DNA of 64,000 nucleotides from sequence record NC_055708.1; one strand, given 5' to 3'. Below, one piece after another: positions 13,100 through 24,591 of the stretch; the first letter of the stretch is position 1, and each line of letters starts with the position of its first letter. The position numbers and the translations under genes are program-made. The notes under the pieces are model-generated. The model was not told where the DNA came from and ran no database searches. It saw only the letters and a program-made list of their open reading frames with translations. Origin of the DNA: Enterobacteria phage ATK47.

Positions 13100-14026
13100 T
13101 TAACCTACCAAAATACCTGCAGGAGGGTCCAGTAAATATAACTCTTCTCGTAAAGCTTCTTTCTCTAAACGGGCTTCTTCAATTAATCGAACACCATCAA
13201 CAGTGACGCCACCGGGTAACATCATACCTTGATGTTTAGCAAGAATTTGTCCATTAAGCTCTTTAGCTAATGCAGTTGCATAATCTTTAACCCAGCGGTT
13301 GTTATATGCGCCTTGTTTAGTTGCAGGATCTTCACCGACTCGTCGTCCGACCAAATTATGGTCTGGATTATCATAACGTTCAGAAATAGACCATGAATCA
13401 CGAGGACCGACCTGACCGTACCCTACTGTATTTCCTACCATCTTATGGGTCTCGATATAAGAGCGAACATACGATTCAACGATAATGACATCTTTCTGTC
13501 TAAAGTTACCCATTACTTTTAATTGCTCGTTTGCAGAGTTAAACCAAAAATCTGGAAGAGGAGCAATCATATCTTGAAGCATACCCATATAAGATACTAA
13601 TTGAGAATAATACCCGAGATCAGCGCCAAAAGCGTTCGGGCCGTAGAATTTACCACAATTACTGCCCATACCACCTGAAACACCAGCCATTCCTAAAAGG
13701 AAATCAGTGAACCATGGATAAGTTGCGTTACCATCCATTGAAGTAATAGAGCCAACGTTTGTTCTTATAATTCTTGTTACAGCAAATACATTAGAACCAC
13801 GCATATCAAATACGCCGTGACGGTATTTTTCTTCGTCATCAACAAAAAATACATGGAAACCTTTATTCAACCCGTCAAAATGGTATTCGCCATAAAGTTC
13901 TAACGCTCGTGAAATACAATCATAAATTTGGTCTGTAGTTAATTCAACATTTACAATAGGAGCGCCTAAACGACGTAATATTACATCCTTTAATTCTTTA
14001 GGGTTTTGTGCATTATAACCTGACAT
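13100..14026 (-). CDS. 13: neck protein gp13
   Basis: 308 aa; synteny with T4 gp13. Confidence 0.8.
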   Translation of the reverse strand: MSGYNAQNPKELKDVILRRLGAPIVNVELTTDQIYDCISRALELYGEYHFDGLNKGFHVFFVDDEEKYRHGVFDMRGSNVFAVTRIIRTNVGSITSMDGNATYPWFTDFLLGMAGVSGGMGSNCGKFYGPNAFGADLGYYSQLVSYMGMLQDMIAPLPDFWFNSANEQLKVMGNFRQKDVIIVESYVRSYIETHKMVGNTVGYGQVGPRDSWSISERYDNPDHNLVGRRVGEDPATKQGAYNNRWVKDYATALAKELNGQILAKHQGMMLPGGVTVDGVRLIEEARLEKEALREELYLLDPPAGILVG

Positions 14027-14038
14027 ATAAATCCTTTA

Positions 14039-14056
14039 GGGCCCGAAGGCCCTTTT
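14039..14056. other. intercistronic stem-loop GGGCC-CGAA-GGCCC plus T4 between wac and 13
   Basis: Perfect 5-bp GC stem with tetraloop; U-tract on plus strand, so may stop antisense transcription or stabilise late mRNA. Confidence 0.45.
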
Positions 14057-14058
14057 CA

Positions 14059-15507
14059 TTAAGCTGTAGGAAGTTCAACCCATGCACCATCTTTGCGAAC
14101 ATAGAATTTACCGTCTGAAGGAGCATCTTCAATATATCCAGCTTCCTTAAGAGTTTGGATTTCAGCTTCTGCAGCGGCCAAATCAGTTTCAAGAGTAGCA
14201 ATTCTAGAAGTTAAACTATTAATTGTCGTATCATGACTTTTAACTGTAGGCAATATACCTCGTTCTTCAACGGTCGAACCATTTGGGTTGGTGCCATTTA
14301 TAAGAGTATTTAATGTGTTTACAGAACCCTTAATTCCTGTGGAATTAGTCCCAACATCAGTTTGAATGTTCTGAATGTCATTACTCATCCCACTGATAGT
14401 TCCTTCAAGCTCTCGAGTACGATAAAGCAAAGAGCCGTCTGGTTCTGGTTTACCGCCTGAAGCGTCAACACCAACTACGTTATTTAACCATGACACATTA
14501 AAACGCAGTCCTGACGAAGAATCAGAGCCGACAACGGTGTTCAATGCTCCGATAGCATCAGTATTGAGTTTAATACGACCTTGGATTGTAGTAGGCAAAT
14601 CATCAGCGCCAATGGCAGTTTCTACTGTGGTCAAACGAGGTTTAATACCGCCTGATTGATTGAGCTCAAGATTAATGTCGTTTATTGCTGAACTATTCGC
14701 ATTAGTTGTAGTAATAATAGAAGTCGTATTAGGATACCCAATAGACTGTTTAATGCCATCCAAGTCAGCATTTTGACGCGACAAAGTTAAATCAATACCG
14801 GAAAGACGACTAAACACTGGAGTAGTGAAAGAAGTACGAGGTCCCATTTCTTCGCGCAAGTGTTCAACTTCAATAGTTAAAGAGCCGACGTCAGAATCAG
14901 CAAATTTAGTTTCTAAATCAGTTAATCGAACACCATGGTCGACAATTACAGAGCTATTGGTCATAATACGGCGTTTCATACCGGTGCTATCATTTCCTGG
15001 AGTAGGAACCCCATTAATATCTTGACCGGTATATTGTCCTAATTCATTTTTAATCCAAAGCAGGTCATTACGAACCGTTCTATAAACTGAATCTGTTTCC
15101 TGATTATAAACACCAATATCATCAGTATTCGCATCAATATGTTCATTCAAATCATTCAATTCACTGGCATGGGTTTGAACTGTGACTTTAATGACATCGA
15201 TATCTTGGGTGTTCTGGCCTATCTGTGCAAGAGCATCAACATCCCCAGAAACATCTAAAATACCTTGAATAACTTTGATATCTTCATTGGCCGTATTCAA
15301 AGAAGATGCTATAGTTTTAATATTAACATCTAACGCTTCTACGTTACGTTGAACTTCAACAATAGGACGGTTCATTACACCTTCAGAACCGTATTTTGTT
15401 TCAGCACCTGTTATTTCTTCATCGTTTTTAATCCATTCAATACGACTCTGACCCGCGTCTGGCGGGCCGTCAACATATGGTAAATCTACCAGAGATATAT
15501 CAGCCAT
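14059..15507 (-). CDS. wac: fibritin (whisker/neck fibre)
   Basis: 482 aa, coiled-coil rich, C-terminal foldon-like GYIEDAPSDGKFYVRKDGAWVELPTA (T4 foldon recalled as [27 protein letters not shown]). Confidence 0.92.
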   Translation of the reverse strand: MADISLVDLPYVDGPPDAGQSRIEWIKNDEEITGAETKYGSEGVMNRPIVEVQRNVEALDVNIKTIASSLNTANEDIKVIQGILDVSGDVDALAQIGQNTQDIDVIKVTVQTHASELNDLNEHIDANTDDIGVYNQETDSVYRTVRNDLLWIKNELGQYTGQDINGVPTPGNDSTGMKRRIMTNSSVIVDHGVRLTDLETKFADSDVGSLTIEVEHLREEMGPRTSFTTPVFSRLSGIDLTLSRQNADLDGIKQSIGYPNTTSIITTTNANSSAINDINLELNQSGGIKPRLTTVETAIGADDLPTTIQGRIKLNTDAIGALNTVVGSDSSSGLRFNVSWLNNVVGVDASGGKPEPDGSLLYRTRELEGTISGMSNDIQNIQTDVGTNSTGIKGSVNTLNTLINGTNPNGSTVEERGILPTVKSHDTTINSLTSRIATLETDLAAAEAEIQTLKEAGYIEDAPSDGKFYVRKDGAWVELPTA

Positions 15508-17090
15508 TATTTTACCTTAATGATATAGTTTAAAGAAATGTTCCATGGGCGTGTTTCATTTCCAATTAATTCAGGACGATTTAATGTATATTTGGAATTT
15601 CGTTGTGATGCCGGGTCAATTTCATATCCGTCATTGGTGAAGTATGAACGGTTATCCCAGTCAAGTCCTTTACGTGTACCAACAAAATTTGATCTACGGG
15701 TATTACCGAATGCTCCAGAATCATCATGCTCACCAAATCCGCCAGCGTGTTTATGATAAGACATCTGTTGTTTCTGTACTTCACCAACATATCCACCAGT
15801 ACAACCTACACCTAATCTAGGCTTACCAAACTGGTCATTACCATTAACATTTGGATTTGTTAAGTGAGAGCCACGACCTGAGCCACGAACAAATAATCCA
15901 CGCATATCAGGCAAGCCTGGGTTAGAAGAACTACCACCATATCGTGTCCCAATTCTGGAAGCATATACCGGACATTCTGAAGCAGAAACGGTCCCACCAT
16001 GACAGAAGCGCCAGTCAGAACTCGGTAAACTATCTGCAGCCCACATTGTAATAGCGCCAACTGGAAGAATTCGGTCTAATTCATTTTGAGTCACAATACG
16101 ATTGCCTTGAATATAACCACCGGACATATTGACATTGCCCGTTATATTAGCGCCGCCAGAACCAACCGTCAACGTATTATTAATGCGAAGTGTGCCGTTA
16201 ATAGTTTGTCCGCCTCGTTGGTGGATAACATCAGCATTCCAAGCAAGAGCAGAAGAACCATCACCACCTGATTGGCTACCCGCTTGTGTAGTTAAACGAA
16301 CAACTCCACGTAAAGAAGTTGTAGCCCCACGCCCGTTTAATGTTGCGCCGGTCACTACAACTGAAGAGTTGTTACTATTTACTTCAGTCTGTGTCCCTAG
16401 TTTAACGACGCCTTTATTAGTTTCTGATGCTACTGAATTCATAAAGGTATAAGGTGAAATTGCATAGCCTTCACGCAGGGTGCCTTGTTGTGCTTGAGCA
16501 ACTGTAGCCAAACGAACAACACCGGTAATAGATTCGGTGGCGTCACTATTATTTGGAGCAATTTGTGAAATAAGTTTAATTGCTAATTGTTGCGTTTTTA
16601 ACGGAGTCATTGCCGTTGTATCGTCAGAACCAGCTAATGCCGCAGCAGAAGTTGAAATTTTAATTACACCATTTGTTGCTTCTGTTGACACTTTTGTCTG
16701 AAATACATTGTCTATTTTTTGATTCAATTTAAGCGGAGTAATTGATGCATCGTCAATAGTTCCGGTTACTGCTTCATCTTCAGTAGCATAACGAGTTAAG
16801 CCGTATTGAGTTTCGGTTGCATTAGGATATTGTAGACGAGCATTCAGTGATGCCGGAGTAACAGCTTTATTATTATCTAATCCATCAATAACTTCTTGTG
16901 GAGTAGCTATTTGAATAATTCCTGGTGTAGTAGTTGTTGCTTCCGGTACACCATTAACACCTGAAGGAGAAATAGCAGCTAATGCGGCTTGGACATTAGT
17001 GACTGTATCTGGAAAATTCGTCCCCGTAGGGTCGAATTCAACGTAAATGGATTCGTTTGAAACGTGTTGGTATGTATTGTTATTACTCAT
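15507..17090 (-). CDS. 12: short tail fibre protein gp12
   Basis: 527 aa, identical length and position to T4 gp12. Confidence 0.88.
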   Translation of the reverse strand: MSNNNTYQHVSNESIYVEFDPTGTNFPDTVTNVQAALAAISPSGVNGVPEATTTTPGIIQIATPQEVIDGLDNNKAVTPASLNARLQYPNATETQYGLTRYATEDEAVTGTIDDASITPLKLNQKIDNVFQTKVSTEATNGVIKISTSAAALAGSDDTTAMTPLKTQQLAIKLISQIAPNNSDATESITGVVRLATVAQAQQGTLREGYAISPYTFMNSVASETNKGVVKLGTQTEVNSNNSSVVVTGATLNGRGATTSLRGVVRLTTQAGSQSGGDGSSALAWNADVIHQRGGQTINGTLRINNTLTVGSGGANITGNVNMSGGYIQGNRIVTQNELDRILPVGAITMWAADSLPSSDWRFCHGGTVSASECPVYASRIGTRYGGSSSNPGLPDMRGLFVRGSGRGSHLTNPNVNGNDQFGKPRLGVGCTGGYVGEVQKQQMSYHKHAGGFGEHDDSGAFGNTRRSNFVGTRKGLDWDNRSYFTNDGYEIDPASQRNSKYTLNRPELIGNETRPWNISLNYIIKVK

Positions 17091-17746
17091 GAGGCTCTCA
17101 CAAAGTGGTAGAAAACGGTAGGAGTATCATGGTTATCAAGAGTAACCGTTTGGGCACCCAATAAATTCCATGTTCCGTATCCGGATTTTGCTTCAGACAA
17201 AATTTCTTGCGAAATTGTTACACCAAACGAAGCATATGTTGGCAACACATGACGTTGGTTATCTAAATATGTCACCTGAAGTTTATTACCTTCAGTTGGA
17301 TGGTCTTTATAAGAAGAAATAGCGATTTGATTAGCAATGGCCTCTTGTAAAGCTATACGAACTTGTGCCGTTAATTCGTTATCAGTCATACCGATTGTTG
17401 CTTTAACGGCAAGTCCAAATACGTTAATAACGACCGGCGTTCCAGTGTCCAAAGTATCGTCGAGAACATCACCGGAAAAAGTCCAATAATCAACTTGTGC
17501 TGCACCTTCAGGCGATACGCCTGAAGTGTTTGTGACAACAGTACCAATATCAGCTCGTGCCATATTATGGACATCATTTATTGCAGATTCTACGTTAGCA
17601 TCATAAAAACCGCGAGCTAACTGAGAAATAGTCACGGAACCTACAGCTTGGTTGTTTAAAACATCGATTTGAGCTGGATTTTTTCTGTAATTCAAAAAAT
17701 CAGCATGACGGGAAATAACTCCCGCCTTTGTATTAAGTACAGTCAT
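17087..17746 (-). CDS. 11: baseplate wedge protein gp11
   Basis: Start set at internal [13 protein letters not shown] (T4 gp11 begins MSLLNNKAGVISR); 219 aa. Confidence 0.88.
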   Translation of the reverse strand: MTVLNTKAGVISRHADFLNYRKNPAQIDVLNNQAVGSVTISQLARGFYDANVESAINDVHNMARADIGTVVTNTSGVSPEGAAQVDYWTFSGDVLDDTLDTGTPVVINVFGLAVKATIGMTDNELTAQVRIALQEAIANQIAISSYKDHPTEGNKLQVTYLDNQRHVLPTYASFGVTISQEILSEAKSGYGTWNLLGAQTVTLDNHDTPTVFYHFVRAS

Positions 17747-19551
17747 TATGCAATCCTTACCCAACGGTATACAGTTATAGATGGCTGAATATTAGTTATA
17801 GAACGTGCTGGAACATGAGATCCATTAGTCTTTGCATGGTCTTCACGATATTTAGTGTAAATAGGACCTTCTGCATCTGGGTCATATTGACAACCGCCTA
17901 TAATTACTGTACCATTATCATCAGAAATAAGAACCTTTTCATCGGTTTGTGTAGCTGGTAAATCAGCATTTTCTAATGTGATAGTTGTTACACCAACGGT
18001 ACCACCTGCGGTATGAGTAGGGTTACCATTGATGTCAAGGTCATTATTATTTAATGCAAAATTAGGATCCGATGCGTCATCATTCCAACCGGCTAATACT
18101 TTGCCTTGTCCCCAAATTTTCCACGAACCAAAACCTAAATAAGTGGCCGGATTATTAGGGTTAACCGCATTTTCGTAAATAGTCCCGACAGGATAAATTG
18201 TATCAAATATTGCTGAGATAGTCGAGAATTCACGTTCATACTTAGGAACAGGTTCTACATTAGGCCATCCAATTTTATCGAAATCGGTTAATGCAACGTC
18301 ACCAGTAATTTCAATGTTAGACCCTTGAGAAACATATTTCTCATCAGCGACATCAAGGATTTCTTCCATTTCAAGAAGAGTTCCTAAATCGTTATTAAAC
18401 CATGTGATGGTAATAATGTCTTGGTCTTCAAATTGACGGTCAAACAGAATTGCGCTAGGGATATTATCAGTGTATTCGATAGCATAATCTGTATACGATT
18501 GAGTCCATGTCCCGCCGAGATTAGCGCATGACTCTTCAGAATCAGCATCCACACCTTCACAACGGAAAATAGGAGTTCCAACAGTACCAGCTAATTCTTG
18601 GAGAATACCATTGAAGCGAACTTCTAATGAATTCGGGTTAGGTGGTTCTGTAGGATTAATACCAAATGCTGTAAATGGAATAGACCTGAACGTACTCAAA
18701 TCAGTGACGTAAATACTTCCGTCAATAGACTTTTTAGCAGTCAATTTACTATCTAAAATGCGAACTTGGCGACGAGTATATGAACTACGCCACTGAGAAA
18801 CACCATCTAGGAATGTCTCAATTTGTACAGTATCCCCAACATTACATGGTTGGCGTAATCTAATATTAAATCCATCAAGTGCAACCAGTTCACCAGGATT
18901 AGCGCCCGGAGAACCAAAATCACTATTATCACTGAATACATCGCCATAATACAATTCGTTGCCACGATGTTTTACTCGAATGTTGTTAACGTTATAAGAG
19001 GTCCCGTTAAAAACATCCATGAAATCGGTCTGACCTTGGGTTTCAACCAGATATTCTCTACGAGCAACATTACTAATGTCAGAGCTAACTATTTTATCAA
19101 TTTGTTTGTTCTTGATGTATTCCCAACGTCCAGGAGCACAATAAACTAATTCTAAATCAGAGAACTGAACGTTAATTTCTACCGGAGATGAAGAACCTTT
19201 AATCGTGTCTCCGTTTGCCGGAATTAAAGTAACAGGGTTAATGTTCCAAGTTGCAAATACATCACGAGCACGAATAACTTTATTATAGTCTGCAATTGTC
19301 CCTTTAGGAAGATTTACCGAAACTCGCCCAGAAGTAGTATTAATTGCATAAGATTTACCCCAAGCGGCCTTAAGATTAAGACCATCAGCCGCATCATAAG
19401 TCTTCCATGCGCCAGCGGCATAAGGAACTTCACCATCACCTAATTCATAATAGATTTCGTCAAAGTTCTCATTTATCTTTTCACCACCTCGACGAAGGTA
19501 ATCGCCTTGTCCGTCATCAACGACGTTACCAATTTTAATATTTTGTTTCAT
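17746..19551 (-). CDS. 10: baseplate wedge protein gp10
   Basis: 601 aa; synteny with T4 gp10. Confidence 0.85.
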   Translation of the reverse strand: MKQNIKIGNVVDDGQGDYLRRGGEKINENFDEIYYELGDGEVPYAAGAWKTYDAADGLNLKAAWGKSYAINTTSGRVSVNLPKGTIADYNKVIRARDVFATWNINPVTLIPANGDTIKGSSSPVEINVQFSDLELVYCAPGRWEYIKNKQIDKIVSSDISNVARREYLVETQGQTDFMDVFNGTSYNVNNIRVKHRGNELYYGDVFSDNSDFGSPGANPGELVALDGFNIRLRQPCNVGDTVQIETFLDGVSQWRSSYTRRQVRILDSKLTAKKSIDGSIYVTDLSTFRSIPFTAFGINPTEPPNPNSLEVRFNGILQELAGTVGTPIFRCEGVDADSEESCANLGGTWTQSYTDYAIEYTDNIPSAILFDRQFEDQDIITITWFNNDLGTLLEMEEILDVADEKYVSQGSNIEITGDVALTDFDKIGWPNVEPVPKYEREFSTISAIFDTIYPVGTIYENAVNPNNPATYLGFGSWKIWGQGKVLAGWNDDASDPNFALNNNDLDINGNPTHTAGGTVGVTTITLENADLPATQTDEKVLISDDNGTVIIGGCQYDPDAEGPIYTKYREDHAKTNGSHVPARSITNIQPSITVYRWVRIA

Positions 19552-20423
19552 TATTGAGCGACCCCAATTTTCTGAGTTGAGATAATTTTAACTGCTGAAC
19601 GTAATCCAATAATATCGGATGTAATCGTCATAGTAGCAAAGTTGTTAATAATACTAAAGCTAATATTAGCAATCTCGTCGGTTTCATCTACATTACCAAC
19701 TCGCATTACTGCAAATTCGGTAGAAAGAACTTCTGAGTTAATTGTATCTATTAGAATATTTATTTCGCATGTTTTTATTTTTCTACCGTCGGCGGATTGG
19801 CATGTAACAAGCAATTTCGCCATGTTATAATCCGTGCGATAAAACAGAGGAATAGAAACTGTGTTTCCTGTAAGACTCCAAGTCCCATCTACAGGAGATT
19901 CTTTCTGTCCAAACATGCTATCAGTAGAATAATTCCATACTGAAGTCGGCCCATTAATTTCAACACAACGAAGAACAACATGGGTATAAGGTGTGGAAAT
20001 AACAAGATTATTAAGAACACCTTTAATCGAACCATCGGTTACTTGGATACTTAAAGGATTGTTAACAGAAATAGACCCATTAGAGTTTATGAATTCTACA
20101 GAGTCACCTAATTCAGGACGGTCAATAATAACAATCACACCACCGTCAGAAGCATCAATATCATGCATAGTGCCTGGTTTAATAGGAGTTTGATAATCGG
20201 CCGCCTTTCCTTTTTGATAATAACCTGTGGCATGAATAGTTTGACCTGTAGGTCCGGTTCCATCTGCTACGGCCATTTTACGTTGATCGCCAAATGCATT
20301 GTAAATAGCGTTGATATCGTCATTTATTTTATTACCACCGTCGAATAAGATATCACCTGTTGAGGCATTACCAATTTCGCCGGTATCGATTAATTGTTTA
20401 GGAGTTTGCTTAAAAAATGCCAT
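19551..20423 (-). CDS. 9: baseplate wedge protein gp9
   Basis: 290 aa; synteny with T4 gp9. Confidence 0.85.
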   Translation of the reverse strand: MAFFKQTPKQLIDTGEIGNASTGDILFDGGNKINDDINAIYNAFGDQRKMAVADGTGPTGQTIHATGYYQKGKAADYQTPIKPGTMHDIDASDGGVIVIIDRPELGDSVEFINSNGSISVNNPLSIQVTDGSIKGVLNNLVISTPYTHVVLRCVEINGPTSVWNYSTDSMFGQKESPVDGTWSLTGNTVSIPLFYRTDYNMAKLLVTCQSADGRKIKTCEINILIDTINSEVLSTEFAVMRVGNVDETDEIANISFSIINNFATMTITSDIIGLRSAVKIISTQKIGVAQ

Positions 20424-20455
20424 AATTCTGCCTTTTGTTGTCCGATATTATATTC

Positions 20456-20463
20456 TATTTATA
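20456..20463 (-). promoter_or_regulatory. T4-type late promoter TATAAATA (gene 9)
   Basis: Exact TATAAATA on minus strand 32 nt upstream of gene 9 ATG. Confidence 0.6.
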
Positions 20464-20467
20464 GATA

Positions 20468-20492
20468 CAAAAATGGGAGCCCGAAGGCTCCC
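20468..20492 (-). terminator. rho-independent terminator after gene 8 (GGGAGCC-UUCG-GGCUCCC plus U-tract on minus strand)
   Basis: Perfect 7-bp stem, UUCG tetraloop, followed by AUUUUUG on the coding strand. Confidence 0.65.
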
Positions 20493-20495
20493 TAA

Positions 20496-21500
20496 TTAAA
20501 ACATAAACAAAATGTTAATTTCTTCTGTTTGGTCCATTGCCATAATAACAGGTGGTCGGTTTTCCATATAAATCATTTCACCTGAATGACGTTGCAGGTC
20601 TCTAGGGTCGTAATAATCCTTTTCTGCTTTAACATTAGGGTCATTTGGATTTTTCTTAGCTTCTAATGGGTTTGCGATAATTGATATCTGTCTAAAACCC
20701 TTGTTACCAGGCAAAGCTGCCTCAGGGAAATAAACAGAATCAAAATATGCTTTAAACCGCATCGTATTGGCTTTAACACGGTAAATCAAGCCGTAGTCGT
20801 CTTGTTGCCAAGTTAAGTTATTTTCGTATCCCCAACGCGTAGGGTCTTCTTTAATTTCTTCCGGCCATGGAACTACAAGATATTCATTAGTGCAACGGTT
20901 AATTGACACATCGGCAGGAATCTCATAAAGGTATTCCCAAATATATCCATCACCGGTTTCGATAACCCCATTAGCATCGCCTCTGCCTTCAGGAGGAGAC
21001 ATAGAACGAACAGACGGGGTCCATTTACCACCTAATTTAAGACATTCATCTTTATTATCTAAAGATTCTATTGAACAGAGCCCTACGTCAGGGACGTCTA
21101 AACAACGGTAAATTAACCAACCGGCTCCAACTTCTGTCGCGTTGTACGGAGCAGTATTACATGCGACTATATCGTTAATTCTAAACGTGTAAGGGTCTGG
21201 ATATCGCACATCTCCCCAATCACGTCTAGGAATAACAGAATCTAACATTGAAGGTAAAACTTTAACGGTACCCATCATATGGGTCCACATATCAGTAACA
21301 CCAAGAACAGAATCTGTAGGATAAGGTGGGGCGAAGCCCACCTCATTTTCATTTGACGCCCAAGGCTCTGAACGTCCAAACGTAATATAAATGGAGTTCT
21401 TATCATCTCCATCCCCAACTGAATTATAAAAATTCAGCATTTTCTCTGTTCTAAATTTTGATGTAACTATTGCACGATAGATAACACTTGAATCATTCAT
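20496..21500 (-). CDS. 8: baseplate wedge protein gp8
   Basis: 334 aa, identical length and position to T4 gp8. Confidence 0.85.
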   Translation of the reverse strand: MNDSSVIYRAIVTSKFRTEKMLNFYNSVGDGDDKNSIYITFGRSEPWASNENEVGFAPPYPTDSVLGVTDMWTHMMGTVKVLPSMLDSVIPRRDWGDVRYPDPYTFRINDIVACNTAPYNATEVGAGWLIYRCLDVPDVGLCSIESLDNKDECLKLGGKWTPSVRSMSPPEGRGDANGVIETGDGYIWEYLYEIPADVSINRCTNEYLVVPWPEEIKEDPTRWGYENNLTWQQDDYGLIYRVKANTMRFKAYFDSVYFPEAALPGNKGFRQISIIANPLEAKKNPNDPNVKAEKDYYDPRDLQRHSGEMIYMENRPPVIMAMDQTEEINILFMF

Positions 21501-24500
21501 CTAATTTAACCTGTGGTGGATTCACGGGGTCTCTTGGATTTCCTACATTATCGATTAACCGTTGTTCAACCAAATCTCTAAATCTAGAGAATGTTGTTCC
21601 GGACGCATCAAATAATGGGCTCATCAGTTTACGACGTTCCGATGGAAGTTGACCTTGAAATATGGAGTTATTGTTTTCAGCGTTATAATCTTCAGGCAAT
21701 GGATAATCTTGACCAGCCATAGGGCCTATTTCATATATCGCTTTACCTGTAATAGGGTCAAACTCAACATTTCCTTGTGGGTCTAATTTAGCCACTCGGT
21801 CTGCATATTTAGTCGGTAATCCAGAATCCCACTTATAGTTTTTGTATTTATTAATAATGGTTTCAACATGTTTAAGTGTTAATCCGGTGTTAATAAACAT
21901 TGTGAGAAGGGTAATTGCGATAAATCCAAATCCAACCGGATGAACAAAACGTAATACGTCTGATTTCCAACGAGATGATGGAAGTTTAGATTTAATCTTC
22001 ATTACGTAGTATGCTCTACCACGATTTATGTAATCGATGTTGTTCTGAGAAAGCTCTTTACCTTTAATACCACGAACAATTTCACCTTCAAAACCCGGGA
22101 GTCTTTCAGCTTTAACTTCCTGTCCTTGGATTAAACGACCTAAGAGGTTGTGAATTGTTACAGTCCATTGTAATTTACCTTTAGAGTAACTTCTCTCGAT
22201 ATACGTCACATTACAACGTCCTGTAGCGGTGTATATGGTTTGTCCGACCAAATCTTCTGTCAACGAATCAGATTCAATGATGATATCATATTCGGTCCCG
22301 GAACTAGATTCAATTTCAATTTCAACATCTTCGTTATAAAGCACTTTAAACAAGAATTTATATGACGCTTCAGTTCCTTTAGTTGAATAGAAGTCATAAC
22401 TTCTTGATTCAAAGAAACGAGACACTAAATCGCGTTTTTCGGCGTTTAAGTAAATGTTTCGTTTATAAATCTCAGACCATAAATATTCCCACGCATGTTC
22501 TTCTCGCGGATATTGATTTTTAATAAGATTCAAAAGGTTGTTATAATGGGTCCCATAGCCATCAGAAAGATACTGAATATAAGCCTCGCAGAATGCTTCG
22601 AAGTTTGTATTATCTAAAAGATAAGACTCCGGCATCATTGTAGTGAGCAATGGTCGTAAATCTGGGTCCGCAATGCCGTTCTCTTCTACAGGAGTCCATG
22701 TGGTATCTTTTTCTTGGTTTTGTAACGATGCTGTTAAGAATATATTAGTAGGCTTCCAAATTATAGAAACATTATCTCTAACACGATAACTAAAATCATA
22801 ATAAGAAATAATCTCACCTGATGATTTATAGAAAATCATGCCGGATGCATATTTTTTAAATCCGGTGAAATCTACATTAGGCATCACTATTGTACAGTCA
22901 CCGTCCTTCCAATATTCATGAACTTCACGGTCTGAAGAACTAAGTGGATGATTCTCAATAACCTTAGTGTAAAGTAAATCAGAATAAATTACAACGGCCT
23001 TGTCCGAGTTATTAATCCAACAACGAGTACCAGACTTTCTAGAATAACTAAAGAATGGCTCAGCGTAGTATTCCATTGGTTGGGGAGTGAACGATTCCCA
23101 TTGAGAGTCTTCAGTTGAAATAAATGCCATCATATGATAATGTTTATCAGCCAGCCATTCACGAGGATACTCATATTTAACAGCACCGATTAAACCGTAC
23201 TTGACTTGTGTTTTTGGGTCATCAACAATATCCGATTCTAGAAATTTAAAATTACTAGATGAAATAGATAACTCAACACCATCAGTAGACATACTGGTGT
23301 ACCCTGGTTCAATACGACGGCGTTCTTCTTCAGTATTACCAAACACACGTTTAAATGTGCCAGCATCATGGTCTAGAACGTAAACACCCTTATCAGCAGA
23401 ATCAACAATAGGAGTGGTCCTCGGGTCGTCATTAAGATTAACAACTTCACCGATAATTAGTGCAAATATTTTGCCACCGACAGAATCCATTTTATAGCAA
23501 ACTGCCTTAGGGTTACCTGTGATGTTAAATGTTTCTTGTTCAAACAAACGTTCGGAATATGTCGGAGATAACGGGTCTGAATCAATAGGGGCATTACTAG
23601 TTTTAATAAAACGAACTTTATCTCGAGCAGCAACGTATACATAATCGTCGTTGCAAACGATAGCTTCTGCAATACGTGATACGTTAGCAGGTAATGATGC
23701 GTAGTTACCAAATATTTCTACATCAAATCCTAAATTTAACTGGTCACCAATTTTAGCAAATGTTATATCTTGAGAACTAAATCTCACATCATCAGCAGAC
23801 CAACGAACGTCAGTTGATTTACGGCCGTAAAATAATTTATCATACCCAAGAACATACGTGGTATAACCTGTCTGGTAATACACTGTTCTTGATACAGGGT
23901 ACCCTACACGGTCATTAAACAATTTAACCGATTTCCAGGTTTGTCCCTTATCATTAGAGACTTTAACCACAGGCTGATACCGTTCAAACAAATAAAGAAT
24001 TCCTTCAGATTCCATCAAATAAACACGGTTTATATCATGACACACTTGTTGAATCGAACCTTGAATTTCATGATACTCATTTTCACCAATAATGAAATTT
24101 TTAATAGATGAAATATCCGCATAAGCAGGGCTAAATTGGAATGATTCATTCATTAGAGCTGCCATTATAGTGTCGTTATTAAAATCGACATAAGCCATGT
24201 TGTTATTTGTAAATTTTTCTCTAATAAAAGTGTTAGCCAATTGCATTTCAATCATATGTTGAAATGTATACGCGTTAGTCTGAAATGATTCAAATATTTC
24301 GGTATATACCCAATCGGATCTCTCGAAGCCTTCGGCGGCAGTTGATACACGAATAATATAAGAAGTTAATGGGTCTAAGCTACTTTCGAACCAGTTGCTA
24401 TTAGGAGTATATCCTAAATTTATCCATCTGTAGCTGGCAGGGGGAATTATTTCCCCGTCTGCCGTTTTAGTCTCAGCGATTTCTACGAAATAGTAGAAAT

Positions 24501-24591
24501 TAGCACCAACGTCATCCCAGCGTATTTGAACTTGGTTAGCGGACAACTTGGATATTCTGAGACTTGTGACTGCTGGCGCTTTTACTGTCAT
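21493..24591 (-). CDS. 7: baseplate wedge protein gp7
   Basis: 1032 aa, identical length and position to T4 gp7. Confidence 0.88.
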   Translation of the reverse strand: MTVKAPAVTSLRISKLSANQVQIRWDDVGANFYYFVEIAETKTADGEIIPPASYRWINLGYTPNSNWFESSLDPLTSYIIRVSTAAEGFERSDWVYTEIFESFQTNAYTFQHMIEMQLANTFIREKFTNNNMAYVDFNNDTIMAALMNESFQFSPAYADISSIKNFIIGENEYHEIQGSIQQVCHDINRVYLMESEGILYLFERYQPVVKVSNDKGQTWKSVKLFNDRVGYPVSRTVYYQTGYTTYVLGYDKLFYGRKSTDVRWSADDVRFSSQDITFAKIGDQLNLGFDVEIFGNYASLPANVSRIAEAIVCNDDYVYVAARDKVRFIKTSNAPIDSDPLSPTYSERLFEQETFNITGNPKAVCYKMDSVGGKIFALIIGEVVNLNDDPRTTPIVDSADKGVYVLDHDAGTFKRVFGNTEEERRRIEPGYTSMSTDGVELSISSSNFKFLESDIVDDPKTQVKYGLIGAVKYEYPREWLADKHYHMMAFISTEDSQWESFTPQPMEYYAEPFFSYSRKSGTRCWINNSDKAVVIYSDLLYTKVIENHPLSSSDREVHEYWKDGDCTIVMPNVDFTGFKKYASGMIFYKSSGEIISYYDFSYRVRDNVSIIWKPTNIFLTASLQNQEKDTTWTPVEENGIADPDLRPLLTTMMPESYLLDNTNFEAFCEAYIQYLSDGYGTHYNNLLNLIKNQYPREEHAWEYLWSEIYKRNIYLNAEKRDLVSRFFESRSYDFYSTKGTEASYKFLFKVLYNEDVEIEIESSSGTEYDIIIESDSLTEDLVGQTIYTATGRCNVTYIERSYSKGKLQWTVTIHNLLGRLIQGQEVKAERLPGFEGEIVRGIKGKELSQNNIDYINRGRAYYVMKIKSKLPSSRWKSDVLRFVHPVGFGFIAITLLTMFINTGLTLKHVETIINKYKNYKWDSGLPTKYADRVAKLDPQGNVEFDPITGKAIYEIGPMAGQDYPLPEDYNAENNNSIFQGQLPSERRKLMSPLFDASGTTFSRFRDLVEQRLIDNVGNPRDPVNPPQVKLDE

